DNA of 63,951 nucleotides, filler included, from an uncultured Methanosarcinales archaeon (GTDB lineage Archaea > Nanobdellota > Nanobdellia > Woesearchaeales > CALCXY01): the NCBI GenBank assembly GCA_964385185.1. It is 4 parts of 4 records of this genome, joined end to end, with 100 filler letters (N's around TTAATTAATTAA, not from the genome) between each part and the next. Parts side by side here need not be neighbours in the genome. Positions count along the whole stretch, not along the records: positions 21,261 to 41,078 come from CAYLOA010000022.1; positions 41,179 to 60,375 come from CAYLOA010000023.1; 2 more parts are not named here. The stretch is one strand, 5' to 3'. Under the pieces are notes generated by a model. That model did no database searches, was not told the origin of the DNA, and saw only the letters and a list, made by a program, of their open reading frames with translations. Below are positions 40,834 to 50,494 of this stretch, piece after piece. The position numbers and the translations under genes are program-made. The stretch's first letter is position 1. Every line of letters starts with the position of its first letter.

Positions 40834-41078
40834 TATGACCGTCCACCTTCACTTCGTCCGCCCTTGGATAGTTGTCTTGCCTCAATTTCTGTCTCTCTCA
40901 GCATTAACATATCTCCTACTTGGACAGGACCTTTAACATTACGTCTCATGATCTTGTTTTTATCTCTTCCATCAAGAACTCGTACTCTTACTTGGATAGC
41001 TTCCCCTCGAGTACCTGTTCGACCGACAACTTCTTCAACCTTTGACGGAACAGCAGTACTAAATCGTACAACTCCTCT
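40833..41078 (-). CDS. rps28e: 30S ribosomal protein eS28 (5' end at contig break; absent from ORF track)
   Basis: [21 protein letters not shown]...[19 protein letters not shown]. Confidence 0.95.
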   Translation of the reverse strand, partial: RGVVRFSTAVPSKVEEVVGRTGTRGEAIQVRVRVLDGRDKNKIMRRNVKGPVQVGDMLMLRETEIEARQLSKGGRSEGGRS

Positions 41079-41179
41079 NNNNNNNNNNNNNNNNNNNNNN
41101 NNNNNNNNNNNNNNNNNNNNNNTTAATTAATTAANNNNNNNNNNNNNNNNNNNNNNNNNNNNNNNNNNNNNNNNNNNNA

Positions 41180-41968
41180 ATAGCTGATGAGATTATTGTT
41201 GTCCATGATGGTCCTTGTAGTGATGACAGTTTGAAGATTGTTTCTAAATATACTGGCAAAGTGTTTGTTGGTGACCATATTGGTGAGGCAGAACCTCATC
41301 GTAACTTTACTTTTAGACAAGCTAAAGGTGAGTGGTTATTACAGATAGATGCTGATGAGTATTTGGTTCCGGAAATGCAGAAAACGTTGAAGAAATATTT
41401 GAAAGAGACTAAACATAGTTCTGTTGGAGCTTTATGGGCTCCCTATAAGTTGAGTCGTAAAAAAGGATTTTTTTCTCGAGCTGGTAAATCGTTTATTTGG
41501 AAAAGGAAGAAAATGAATTATTTTTCTGGTGTGCCACATGCTATTCCTCAGATGAATGGTAGTGAAGGTGTTATGGAGTTGCGATTAGGGCATTCAGCTG
41601 GTGTAAGAAAGTTTTCTGATAAGATTTATCCTTGGACTACTATTCAAGCTGCTTACCTTAGGGCTTTTGGTGATTCTTCTGCAGGTTTATTGGGATTAAA
41701 GTTTTTACCCCTGGTAATTGGAGTTTCTTTTCAATATTTACGTAAAGGAGTATTAGATGAAGGGATTGTGGGATTACGTTATCTTATCTATCAAATGTTT
41801 TATCATTTTCAGATATTTTTGTATTTATTCTTTGATTCTTTTGGATTACGAAGTAGGAAGTATGGAGATAAGAAACGGCAGTTATTAAGATTTAAAGAGA
41901 AAACGTTGTATTCACAAGTAGGTGGAAAAACAGTTGTATTTAGTCCTGGTGATGAGAGGGATTATTGA
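41180..41968 (+). CDS. Glycosyltransferase family 2 (5'-partial)
   Basis: DEIIVVHDG..SDDS, WLLQIDADE. Confidence 0.9.
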   Translation: MADEIIVVHDGPCSDDSLKIVSKYTGKVFVGDHIGEAEPHRNFTFRQAKGEWLLQIDADEYLVPEMQKTLKKYLKETKHSSVGALWAPYKLSRKKGFFSRAGKSFIWKRKKMNYFSGVPHAIPQMNGSEGVMELRLGHSAGVRKFSDKIYPWTTIQAAYLRAFGDSSAGLLGLKFLPLVIGVSFQYLRKGVLDEGIVGLRYLIYQMFYHFQIFLYLFFDSFGLRSRKYGDKKRQLLRFKEKTLYSQVGGKTVVFSPGDERDY

Positions 41969-42177
41969 TTCTCCTTTTATGTTTATAAATACAGGTATCT
42001 TTGCTTATACAAAGGTGATAAAATGATTCAAAATCCGAGAATCCTAGGAAACATATTTGTAATATTTTTTATAATATATTTCGCTAACAATTTATCGTCA
42101 AACGGAATGCATTATCTAGGATGGCTCATATTGGTTGGATATGGATATCTTGTGTATATTCGGAGAGGTTTTGTTTT

Positions 42178-42857
42178 ATGAATTTTAAGCAAGTTTTATC
42201 CATAGTTTTACTTTTAATAGGTTTACTTATTTTTGTGTCTAGTTTAATTTTTGGTATAATGAGTTGGGTCGATATTTCTTTTACAGTTGGACTTAAGGAG
42301 TTCTTATCTCATGTTCCAATTTCTCTCCTTTTTTTGGGTCCTGCCTTGGCATGGGGAGAAGGTTGGATTGCTCCTAATGTTTTTTGAGGAAAGATGATAA
42401 TCTAAATTTAAGCTATACATTAAAAGCTGATCCCTCTAGTAAAAATTCATTAAAAGAGGAAATCATTGTTGATTTCCCAATTGAATTTTGTAATAATGGA
42501 AATCAGGAAGGTATAGTATCCCGTATTGAATGTGAACCAATAATTGAGGGGAGAGAGCGTCAAAAGATGGATCTTTCTAAGGATGAATTGGTTGGCACGT
42601 GGACCGAATTTAGAAAGGGGAAACAGGAATTAGGTGAATTGCTCCCCATTGTGATTCCAGGAAAAAAAAGTTATCCTTTGACTTGCAAAATTCAATTTAG
42701 TTATAGGTATATGGGAAAAGAATCACGTAAGGGGAGAACTATTCTGAAAATTTTGAAGAGTTTGACAACACTGTATGTAAATATTGAATATAAAGTATCC
42801 TCATCTAGTAGAATCGTGTGTAAATTACAAAGGTATAAATTAGATTTCTCCAAGTAA
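42178..42857 (+). pseudogene. Possible frameshifted membrane protein (ORFs ending 42387 and 42857)
   Basis: One extra T in the T6 run at 42380-42385 fuses 2-TM N-terminus with soluble domain (NVFLRKDD). Confidence 0.5.
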
Positions 42858-42866
42858 ATTATCAAA

Positions 42867-43031
42867 TCACCCTTTGGAAAATCTTAATCCTAACCAAGTG
42901 AACATACAACCAAGAATAAAGATTATAACCCTGATTCCAAAACTTTCATTTCCTAAAATGGCATATATGATTGCACCGAATCCAATTATTACAGCCGCTG
43001 CTGTTCCACTAATTAATTTTGTATCACTCAT
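42867..43031 (-). CDS. 54-aa 2-TM protein (absent from ORF track)
   Basis: MSDTKLISGTAAAVIIGFGAIIYAILGNESFGIRVIIFILGCMFTWLGLRFSKG. Confidence 0.65.
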   Translation of the reverse strand: MSDTKLISGTAAAVIIGFGAIIYAILGNESFGIRVIIFILGCMFTWLGLRFSKG

Positions 43032-43087
43032 TTTATTATGTTGGATTTCAATTTACTTAAATTTATCTATTTAGTTTATATTTTATT

Positions 43088-44542
43088 TTACTCATCAACA
43101 GTCTTAGGTCTAAATGGTAATTTATTGAACATTTCTTTTATCATATCTTTATCTTGTTCGTCAAGAGCTTTTAGAAGTAATAATACTCCTCCGTAGACTA
43201 CGACAGAAGCTATAATAATAATTATGAAGTGGAAACTTTGTAAAAGAAGTATTGTTGCAGTCATAACTAATGTTGCTGCAATAGGTTTCCAGGTTAATTT
43301 GATGATGTTCAGTTTCATTCCAAAGTAATGCAGCATTGCAAAAGTTGAAACGAATAATCCAAACTCTGTGAACATAGTAGTGTATGCAGCTCCTGTATAT
43401 CCAATCCTTGTTATGAGGATATAATTGAAGACAATATTGAATATTGCCCAGCAGAGAGTAATCAATGAGTATAATTTTTGTTTATTCATGGCATTGAGCA
43501 TGTTTGTTGTGATTGCATTAAGGAATAAAGCAGCTTCTGCCCAGATTAAGATGGCAAAGATAATTCCTGAGGCTGCAAATTGTTCTCCAAAGACAAAGTG
43601 AATGATTCTACTTGAAAGAATCATTCCACCCATTGCCATGGGTAATGCTAGAATAATAAGATAGTAAAGAGATTTTCTGTATAACGATTTTAGATGCTCC
43701 GTAGAGTTGACAAAAAACTTAGACATTGCAGGAAATGTTGCTCCTACAATTGCAAAGGGGATAAAATGAAGTGCAGTTGATACTCGTACAGCTGCATTAT
43801 ACCAACCTACTTGTGAATAATCTGTTAAGTAGGTGAGCATGACAGTGTCAATACGATAGTAGAGCATTAATAATAATCCTGCAAACCAAAAGGGCCAAGA
43901 TTCTGTTAATATGTGCTTCCATAGTTTGAAATCAAATGCTAAGTGTACTTTTTGAAATTTTGTGTGTGCGTAGTAGAAATAACATGCTAGGGCAACTGCG
44001 TATGAAACTATAAATACTGATATGAATGCAGTTACTTGGAAACCTGAGATTAATAGGATGATTCCTAACGTTAGGCTGATAATTCGTTCTACAATATTGA
44101 TGATTGAATAATATTCTAGTTTTTCATAACCGCTAAATAATGATCTGAATGGTCCTGCAATATCGTTTAAGAGTAGGTAGATTGCTGCTAGGATGATTGC
44201 TCCTGATACGTCCACTGTTTTTTGTGAAAATGATATTCCAATAATTGCTATAAAAGTGATTATTGTTGATAGGATGAGTTTTATAGTTAAGGTGTTTGAG
44301 AAGTATGCATCTGCTTTTGATTTATCTTTTGCTACTTCTCTGATTAAATACCAAGATATTCCAAAGTCAGAGAATATTTGGAAGATTCCAATATATGCAG
44401 TTGCAAAGGCAAAGATTCCTAGGCCAATATCTCCTAGATATCTTGCCATGGCTATGATTAAGAAGAACGATAAGATTCTGTTTAATATTTCAGATCCGAA
44501 TAGCCAACCTGTATTTTTGGCAATTAATGCTTTATCTGACAT
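43088..44542 (-). CDS. Oligosaccharide flippase (Wzx/RfbX family)
   Basis: IAKNT, ARYLG..LG, DFGI, RIDTVML..VGWYNAA; many TM segments. Confidence 0.93.
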   Translation of the reverse strand: MSDKALIAKNTGWLFGSEILNRILSFFLIIAMARYLGDIGLGIFAFATAYIGIFQIFSDFGISWYLIREVAKDKSKADAYFSNTLTIKLILSTIITFIAIIGISFSQKTVDVSGAIILAAIYLLLNDIAGPFRSLFSGYEKLEYYSIINIVERIISLTLGIILLISGFQVTAFISVFIVSYAVALACYFYYAHTKFQKVHLAFDFKLWKHILTESWPFWFAGLLLMLYYRIDTVMLTYLTDYSQVGWYNAAVRVSTALHFIPFAIVGATFPAMSKFFVNSTEHLKSLYRKSLYYLIILALPMAMGGMILSSRIIHFVFGEQFAASGIIFAILIWAEAALFLNAITTNMLNAMNKQKLYSLITLCWAIFNIVFNYILITRIGYTGAAYTTMFTEFGLFVSTFAMLHYFGMKLNIIKLTWKPIAATLVMTATILLLQSFHFIIIIIASVVVYGGVLLLLKALDEQDKDMIKEMFNKLPFRPKTVDE

Positions 44543-44623
44543 GTAGAATTGGAGACTTTAAGGGTATTTAAAAGCTGTGGAATTGGGGGAAAATTTTATA
44601 AGTTAGGGGTGATTCTGGTGTTT

Positions 44624-45649
44624 ATGGCAAACCCAGGACAATTTTATGTTGATGATGCAAGAGTAGATTATATGGGAGATGGATTGCATTTTACTTTCAA
44701 TTATCCTGCAACTAAAAAAGTTATAGAGAGAGCACTCCCTGAAGCACCTCAATTTGGAATTGATTTTTTTAATACCTTGGCATTGGAACATGGAGCTGAA
44801 TTAGGAACACCAGAAGTGCCTACAAGACCTTCAAGTGCTGGGAGTATTTATCAGTTTGCCGATGATATGGTAATGATTCATAGAAGAGATTTAAAGGCTC
44901 CGGTGCATCCTATGTATCATAGTTGTTGTTCAGGCTATCCAGAAGCAGGAGAGACTGTTCTGGAGACTCAAGTTAGAGAAACAGCTGAAGAGAATTTAGT
45001 TCTTCTTGGAAATGATCAGATTGTCACTGATGTTGTTGTTCCAGAAGATACTGCTTTACAGACATTGAGAACAGTTGAGCGTTTAGGATTACGACTTCCT
45101 ACTAAATTATATGATGTACAGACTATTGGTGGTCCAGATACTTTTGCTATTTATGATGATGGAAAATTGATAGATGAAGGCATGGGATATATTGATATTT
45201 TCTTTGAAGGGTCACGAGGACATAATGTTATGGCTGTTAGGCGTTTTACTGATTTACAAAGTCAAGATGTTTTTCCTTTTGATTCTGAAGGTGCTGTTAA
45301 TGAAGGTAAATCTTTTTTTCATTTTAAGCGAGAATCGTATTTAATTCATCCTAATGATGAATTAGAGATTGGAAAACCAATGAAGCAAATTAGAAAATTT
45401 CAAGCTGAAGTGGGTCAATATGGTCAAATATCTATTATCCAAGAAAATAATAATTTGGAACCTCAATTGGGTCCTGACAAGGTTCGAGTTAAGCACTCAG
45501 ACATTTGGTATCCTGATGGTCAGTTAGTTAGAGTATTAGCAGGATTAGGATTTAAGAATCTTGAACACAATTGGAGAGAAATAGAAAGGTCAAGATGTGA
45601 AGCTAAACTAGAAGGTAAAACTTTAATTCATCCTGATTATTTAGCTTAG
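44624..45649 (+). CDS. Nudix-fold protein
   Basis: GYPEAGETVLETQVRETAEE Nudix-box-like motif. Confidence 0.65.
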   Translation: MANPGQFYVDDARVDYMGDGLHFTFNYPATKKVIERALPEAPQFGIDFFNTLALEHGAELGTPEVPTRPSSAGSIYQFADDMVMIHRRDLKAPVHPMYHSCCSGYPEAGETVLETQVRETAEENLVLLGNDQIVTDVVVPEDTALQTLRTVERLGLRLPTKLYDVQTIGGPDTFAIYDDGKLIDEGMGYIDIFFEGSRGHNVMAVRRFTDLQSQDVFPFDSEGAVNEGKSFFHFKRESYLIHPNDELEIGKPMKQIRKFQAEVGQYGQISIIQENNNLEPQLGPDKVRVKHSDIWYPDGQLVRVLAGLGFKNLEHNWREIERSRCEAKLEGKTLIHPDYLA

Positions 45650-45670
45650 TTTCATTAATTTTATATAGTT

Positions 45671-46105
45671 TTGATGTATTGTTCTATTATGAAAATACCT
45701 TTGATACCTGGTTCATTACAATATAGAATACGAAAGGCAGTTCCTAATGATGTTACCAGTTTGACTCTTACTCATGTTGATAAGTCAGTTATTCCCGATG
45801 GGAATGGTTCTTCAAAATATGCAAATGTGTCTGTAGAAAGAGTTGGCATACAATTTAGTGGTCGTAGGAAGACTGGTGAATCTTTTACTGGTGAAAAAAT
45901 TGCTATACATCCATTCGATAGTGCAAATCTCTACGTTAATGATATAATTAATACATTGAGAGACCATTATTCTACAGTAATAGGTGCAAGTAATATTCAG
46001 ATAAATCGAAATCCTGATAGGGGCTTAATGGAGCTGTTAAGTTTAATGTATAGTTATCCTGTAGCTAATCTTTCGCCAGAGACTCAGAGTCCCATTTATC
46101 ATTAG
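45671..46105 (+). CDS. Hypothetical protein
   Basis: 144-aa ORF; start uncertain. Confidence 0.55.
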   Translation: MMYCSIMKIPLIPGSLQYRIRKAVPNDVTSLTLTHVDKSVIPDGNGSSKYANVSVERVGIQFSGRRKTGESFTGEKIAIHPFDSANLYVNDIINTLRDHYSTVIGASNIQINRNPDRGLMELLSLMYSYPVANLSPETQSPIYH

Positions 46106-47798
46106 GGTTGTCATCTCTTTTTACTAAGAAGTTTCCAATAACGAGATAATCTATTCCTGTTCCCATCATACATCTATAGGCATCATGAGGTGTTAAGACA
46201 ATAGGTTCTCCACGAATGTTAAAAGAAGTGTTAATAACAATAGGTATTCCTGAATGTTTACCGAATTCTTTAATTGTTCCATGATATAATTTGTTTTGTT
46301 CAGGTGTTATTGTTTGTAATCTTCCTGAACCGTCAACGTGAGTTACTGCTGGGATTTTATCATGAAACTCTTTTTTAATAGGATAGACAAATAACATGAA
46401 CTTTTCATCATCTTTGTCTAATTCAAAGTATTTGTGAGCATCTTCAGCAGTTACCGCTGGAGCAAACGGTCGAAATAATTCTCTATGTTTTACTTTAGCA
46501 TTAATTATTTCCTTCATATCTGGATTGGTTGCATTAGAAAGAATAGATCTTGCCCCTAATGCTCTTGGACCCCATTCCATACATCCTTGAAACCATCCAA
46601 TTACATTATTTTCCCAGATTAATTTAGCAGTAGTTTTGATGAGATCATCATCGGATTTAAAGGTGGTATAATTCACATGATTTTTGTCTAGATATTCTTT
46701 TACTTCTTTGTCTGTGAAAGAAGGTCCTAAGTAAGCATGATCCATGACAGTAGTTCTTGGTTTGTCCAAGACTGAATTGTATAGGTAGAAAGCAGCTCCT
46801 AGTGAAGTTCCTGCATCTGAAGCTGATGGTTGGATAAATACATTCTTGAAAGGAGTATTTGCTTTAATTTTACCATTTGCAACGGAATTTAATGCAACTC
46901 CTCCAGCCATACACAAATTATCTGATTTTGTTTCTTTGTGTAGTTGGTTTAACATGTGAAACAAGGATTCTTCAGTAACTTTTTGTAGAGATGCTGCTAT
47001 ATCTTTATGTTTTTGAGTTAATTCTGATTCTGGTTTTCTCTGAGGCCCAAATAGCTGAGTCATTTTTCTAGATGGCATTTTGGAAGCCCATTGAAAGACA
47101 AAATATGACATGTCTAGACTGTATGAACCATCTTCATGTAAGGTGATTAGTTTTCTAATTTCGTCTTTGTAGATAGGCTTACCATACGGGGCTAGTCCCA
47201 TTACTTTGTATTCATCGTTATTTACTTTGAATCCTAAGAATGCTGTAATTGTGCTGTATAGTAACCCTAAACTATGTGGGAAATGAATTTCTTTGTCAAT
47301 AGTTACTTTATTTTCTTTAGCATGGCCAAATGTTGTGGTTGCCCATTCTCCTACACCATCTACGGTTAATATTGCCGATTCTTTGAAGGGTGAGACTAAG
47401 TATGATGAAGCTGCATGAGATAAGTGATGATCGATAAAGGATACGTCTTTTTTGTAGCCAATCTGTTTCTTTAATGTTTTTCTAATTCTTAGCTTTTCAT
47501 TTATCCAACCAGGGATGGTTTTAATGAAGGTGAAATAAGATTTTGGAAATGCTTCTAGATGTTGAGACAAGATTCTTTCAAATTTTAAGAGTGGTTTTTC
47601 ATAGAATGCTACATGGTCTAGTTTATCTCCTGTTATGTTTGCTTTTTTTAGGCAGAATTTTATTGCATTAATAGGAAATGAGATATCATGTTTCTTTCTT
47701 GTGAATCGTTCTTCTTCAGCTGCAGCTACAATTTTTCCGTTATGGATGAGACAGGCAGCTGCATCGTGGTAATAGCATGAAATTCCTAGGATATACAC
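46065..47798 (-). CDS. O-carbamoyltransferase (NodU/CmcH family)
   Basis: YHDAAA, AEEERF, HHLSHA, EYKVMGLA, EWGPRALG, FRPFAP, NTSFN. Confidence 0.96.
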   Translation of the reverse strand: MYILGISCYYHDAAACLIHNGKIVAAAEEERFTRKKHDISFPINAIKFCLKKANITGDKLDHVAFYEKPLLKFERILSQHLEAFPKSYFTFIKTIPGWINEKLRIRKTLKKQIGYKKDVSFIDHHLSHAASSYLVSPFKESAILTVDGVGEWATTTFGHAKENKVTIDKEIHFPHSLGLLYSTITAFLGFKVNNDEYKVMGLAPYGKPIYKDEIRKLITLHEDGSYSLDMSYFVFQWASKMPSRKMTQLFGPQRKPESELTQKHKDIAASLQKVTEESLFHMLNQLHKETKSDNLCMAGGVALNSVANGKIKANTPFKNVFIQPSASDAGTSLGAAFYLYNSVLDKPRTTVMDHAYLGPSFTDKEVKEYLDKNHVNYTTFKSDDDLIKTTAKLIWENNVIGWFQGCMEWGPRALGARSILSNATNPDMKEIINAKVKHRELFRPFAPAVTAEDAHKYFELDKDDEKFMLFVYPIKKEFHDKIPAVTHVDGSGRLQTITPEQNKLYHGTIKEFGKHSGIPIVINTSFNIRGEPIVLTPHDAYRCMMGTGIDYLVIGNFLVKRDDNPNDKWDSESLAKD

Positions 47799-47885
47799 GC
47801 AATCACCTCCTTTTGGGAGGTCATTGGTGTCCTAAAAATCTGTTTATTTGATGAATTTTTTATACCTACAGATTTTTTTGACATT

Positions 47886-48116
47886 TTAGAAGGACCTCAG
47901 GTAGTCATCGTATGACTCTTCTTTATTTTCTCTTTTTACCCAATTGGTTTTTCTCATTTTAGTTATGAGGAAGTGTTTTCCTGAAAGTTTAGCAATGAGT
48001 TTTGTGGGTCCTATTGCTATAATGTAGACTCCCGTGAGTAGGATGAAGTTTACTAGATGTGCAATATGGTGACCAAATGCTTGGAAACCGTTTTTGAAAC
48101 CTGTAAAGAACTTCAT
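47886..48116 (-). CDS. SxtJ-family C-terminal-like small membrane protein
   Basis: FGHHIAHLVNFILLTGVYIIAIGP...TNWVKR...YLRSF. Confidence 0.7.
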   Translation of the reverse strand: MKFFTGFKNGFQAFGHHIAHLVNFILLTGVYIIAIGPTKLIAKLSGKHFLITKMRKTNWVKRENKEESYDDYLRSF

Positions 48117-48316
48117 CTTCTTATCACCTGAAAAATTATTATGATTGCATATATGATAAATAGTGCTTCGATGAATCTTAAGTATGATATTTTTCCTAGA
48201 ATCCAGTGTGATGCTGTTAACCAATAGAATATTGCTGTGAATATGGTCATGGCAATAGCATAACCTAATTTTTCACCTAAGAATTCACTTAATGATGTTT
48301 TGGTGACAGTATTCAT
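48113..48316 (-). CDS. Small 2-TM membrane protein
   Basis: Hydrophobic ORF with ATGA overlap. Confidence 0.65.
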   Translation of the reverse strand: MNTVTKTSLSEFLGEKLGYAIAMTIFTAIFYWLTASHWILGKISYLRFIEALFIIYAIIIIFQVIRR

Positions 48317-48355
48317 ACTATTCGGAATATAGGGGCTTTTATAAGGTTTTCTGGT

Positions 48356-48514
48356 CTAGAATAGAGCATAGATAAAAGGACTTAGAGCAGATGATTGTCC
48401 TACTACAATTAATATTCCTGCTAGGATTAACATAATAACGATCGGGAGTAACCAAAACTTCTTTCTAATACGAAGAAAGTCCCATACATCCCCTAATAAT
48501 GATCTGTTTCCCAT
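48356..48514 (-). CDS. DUF5989 (SxtK-like) small membrane protein (absent from ORF track)
   Basis: WDFLRIRKKFWLLPIV...SALSPFIYALF. Confidence 0.9.
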   Translation of the reverse strand: MGNRSLLGDVWDFLRIRKKFWLLPIVIMLILAGILIVVGQSSALSPFIYALF

Positions 48515-49471
48515 TTAGATTAACTCGTGTGTAGCAATGAATGTTGCTATTTGATCTGCAATAATCTTTGATCCTTCTTCATTGACATGGTTGTCATACT
48601 TTCCAATAACATATTCGGAAGCGTCTTTGTTTTTAAAATTATCTAAAAGGTCGATGTAGGCAGCATTGTTTTCAAATGCAGCATTCTCTACAAAATTGTG
48701 TGCATTCATAAACGGATATTCTTCAAAATTATAGAAGAATGGGATGGTTACAACAATAGGGACTGCGTTGCTGTCTCTTATTTCTTGGATGAGATTGGTA
48801 ATTTGTTGTTGATGTAGTGAGAGATTTCCATTGTATGTTGTGGTTACTTGATTAATGTAAGAATCTTCAAACGTTTGTTGTTTTAAGGAGTCGTAGAAAA
48901 TAATTATCATATTGTAGAGATAAGAGTTTTCTAGGAAGAATTTTCCAAATACAGCGTGGAAGATGTTTCCTATGTAGGATGAAGATTGGAACTGTTTGTG
49001 ATGTTCTTCTCTTGCTTTTAGAGATTCATCTGTTTCTGCATCGTTTAGAAAATATCCAATGATTACAATGTCTGGGTTGAGTTGTTTTGCTTTTCTTTTG
49101 TAGATGAGGAGTTCAGTTTCTGTATCTTCACCGGGCCATGCTGTGTTAATCACTTCTACGTTAGGATTTTGTTCTTTTAATTTGGTTTCTAGCTGTGCAG
49201 GCCAGGTATTCTTTGTTTCCTTTATTCCATGGCCAAAACTCATTGAATCTCCAAGGATGATTATTCTTGGACCTGTTTTAGTTGTTATGTCTGTGTCTGA
49301 ACGGAATCCTAAATTATTGAATTCTGTAGATTCTATGAGTTTTTTCATTCCAGGACCACCTAATGTATGTGAATAGTCTGCAAAGAAGATTCTAAAGAAT
49401 CCTTCTAAGAAGAATAGACAGAGAATGATGACAACGATTAAGAGAAGAATATTTTTGGTAGTGTTTTTCAT
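48515..49471 (-). CDS. Membrane-anchored SGNH/GDSL hydrolase
   Basis: N-terminal TM, NNLGFR, LGDSMSFG, FLND, DNHVN. Confidence 0.9.
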   Translation of the reverse strand: MKNTTKNILLLIVVIILCLFFLEGFFRIFFADYSHTLGGPGMKKLIESTEFNNLGFRSDTDITTKTGPRIIILGDSMSFGHGIKETKNTWPAQLETKLKEQNPNVEVINTAWPGEDTETELLIYKRKAKQLNPDIVIIGYFLNDAETDESLKAREEHHKQFQSSSYIGNIFHAVFGKFFLENSYLYNMIIIFYDSLKQQTFEDSYINQVTTTYNGNLSLHQQQITNLIQEIRDSNAVPIVVTIPFFYNFEEYPFMNAHNFVENAAFENNAAYIDLLDNFKNKDASEYVIGKYDNHVNEEGSKIIADQIATFIATHELI

Positions 49472-49472
49472 A

Positions 49473-50390
49473 CTAGAAGAGATCCTCTGGCGTTTTAAAG
49501 CCCTGAGGGTAACCTACTTCGATAGACACAGGTCTGTAACCTAAGTCTTCAAAAGCAGATTTTTGTTCAAAGTTAGCAGACATTGCTGCTCCAATGACAT
49601 AATCTTTTTTTAACATGGGTTCCTCAGATACTTTCTCCCAAATCCATGCTATCATATAGCATATAAACAAGGGAATAGGTATCATAGGTTTGTTTATTTT
49701 AAATGTCTTTCTAATTAAATTGGTATATGCCCACATAGTCATGGCTGTTCCGCCACCAAAATTGTAGGTTTTTCCATAGGATTTTTTGTTATTTGCAACT
49801 TTTGCTAGACCTTCTGCAATATCATTTACCCAGACCGGTCTTTTTACTGCTCTTAATGTTCCAATAGTTGGAATGATAAAAGGGAATTTTCTTAATGTTT
49901 CAACGTAAATCTTTAGTTCTTGAGATCCTCCTTGACCGTATAGTAAAGTAGGTCTGATAATGGTGTAGTTAATCTTTCCATCATACTGTCTCATAAGGTG
50001 TTCAGACTTTATTTTTGAATGTCCATATGTAGTTCTTGTTTTGTAGGCTGCAGCTGCAGCTGAGATTAAGATAAAATGTTTTACTTTAGCATCTACTGCT
50101 GCATTAATGACATTTTTTGTTCCTTCAAAGTTAACAGCATTGAATGCTTTTTTGTCTTTTGCTACTAGAATTGCTGCTAAATGGTAGACTGTGGTTACCC
50201 CTTTCATGCATTTTTTTAGAAGTTCTGGGTTGGTGATGTCACCAATCATTTTTTCACACTTGACACCATCAAGATTATGGATCATTTTGTCATTTTCTAT
50301 GACCATAGCTCTTACTTTCTCTCCTTGATCTGAGAGTTTCTTTGCTAATTTAGAACCAATATATCCTGTTGCACCTGTAATTAATATCAT
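49473..50390 (-). CDS. NAD-dependent epimerase/dehydratase (extended SDR)
   Basis: TGATGYIG, YGHSK. Confidence 0.9.
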   Translation of the reverse strand: MILITGATGYIGSKLAKKLSDQGEKVRAMVIENDKMIHNLDGVKCEKMIGDITNPELLKKCMKGVTTVYHLAAILVAKDKKAFNAVNFEGTKNVINAAVDAKVKHFILISAAAAAYKTRTTYGHSKIKSEHLMRQYDGKINYTIIRPTLLYGQGGSQELKIYVETLRKFPFIIPTIGTLRAVKRPVWVNDIAEGLAKVANNKKSYGKTYNFGGGTAMTMWAYTNLIRKTFKINKPMIPIPLFICYMIAWIWEKVSEEPMLKKDYVIGAAMSANFEQKSAFEDLGYRPVSIEVGYPQGFKTPEDLF

Positions 50391-50494
50391 TATACTCTTT
50401 AGGAATATTGAGGGTTATTTAAAGATTATTGTACTGGGGATTATGATAGATTTTTGACATAAACCTTATAAACATTCTATGACTCCGTGTTTTT

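Noticed and set aside
40845..40862. GGACGAAGTGA in the rps28e tail as another GA-hairpin element
   Set aside because: Imperfect core, no closing stem or flanking duplication; probably chance.
46065..49471. Saxitoxin biosynthesis
   Set aside because: No sxtA/sxtG-type core genes; context is glycan biosynthesis.
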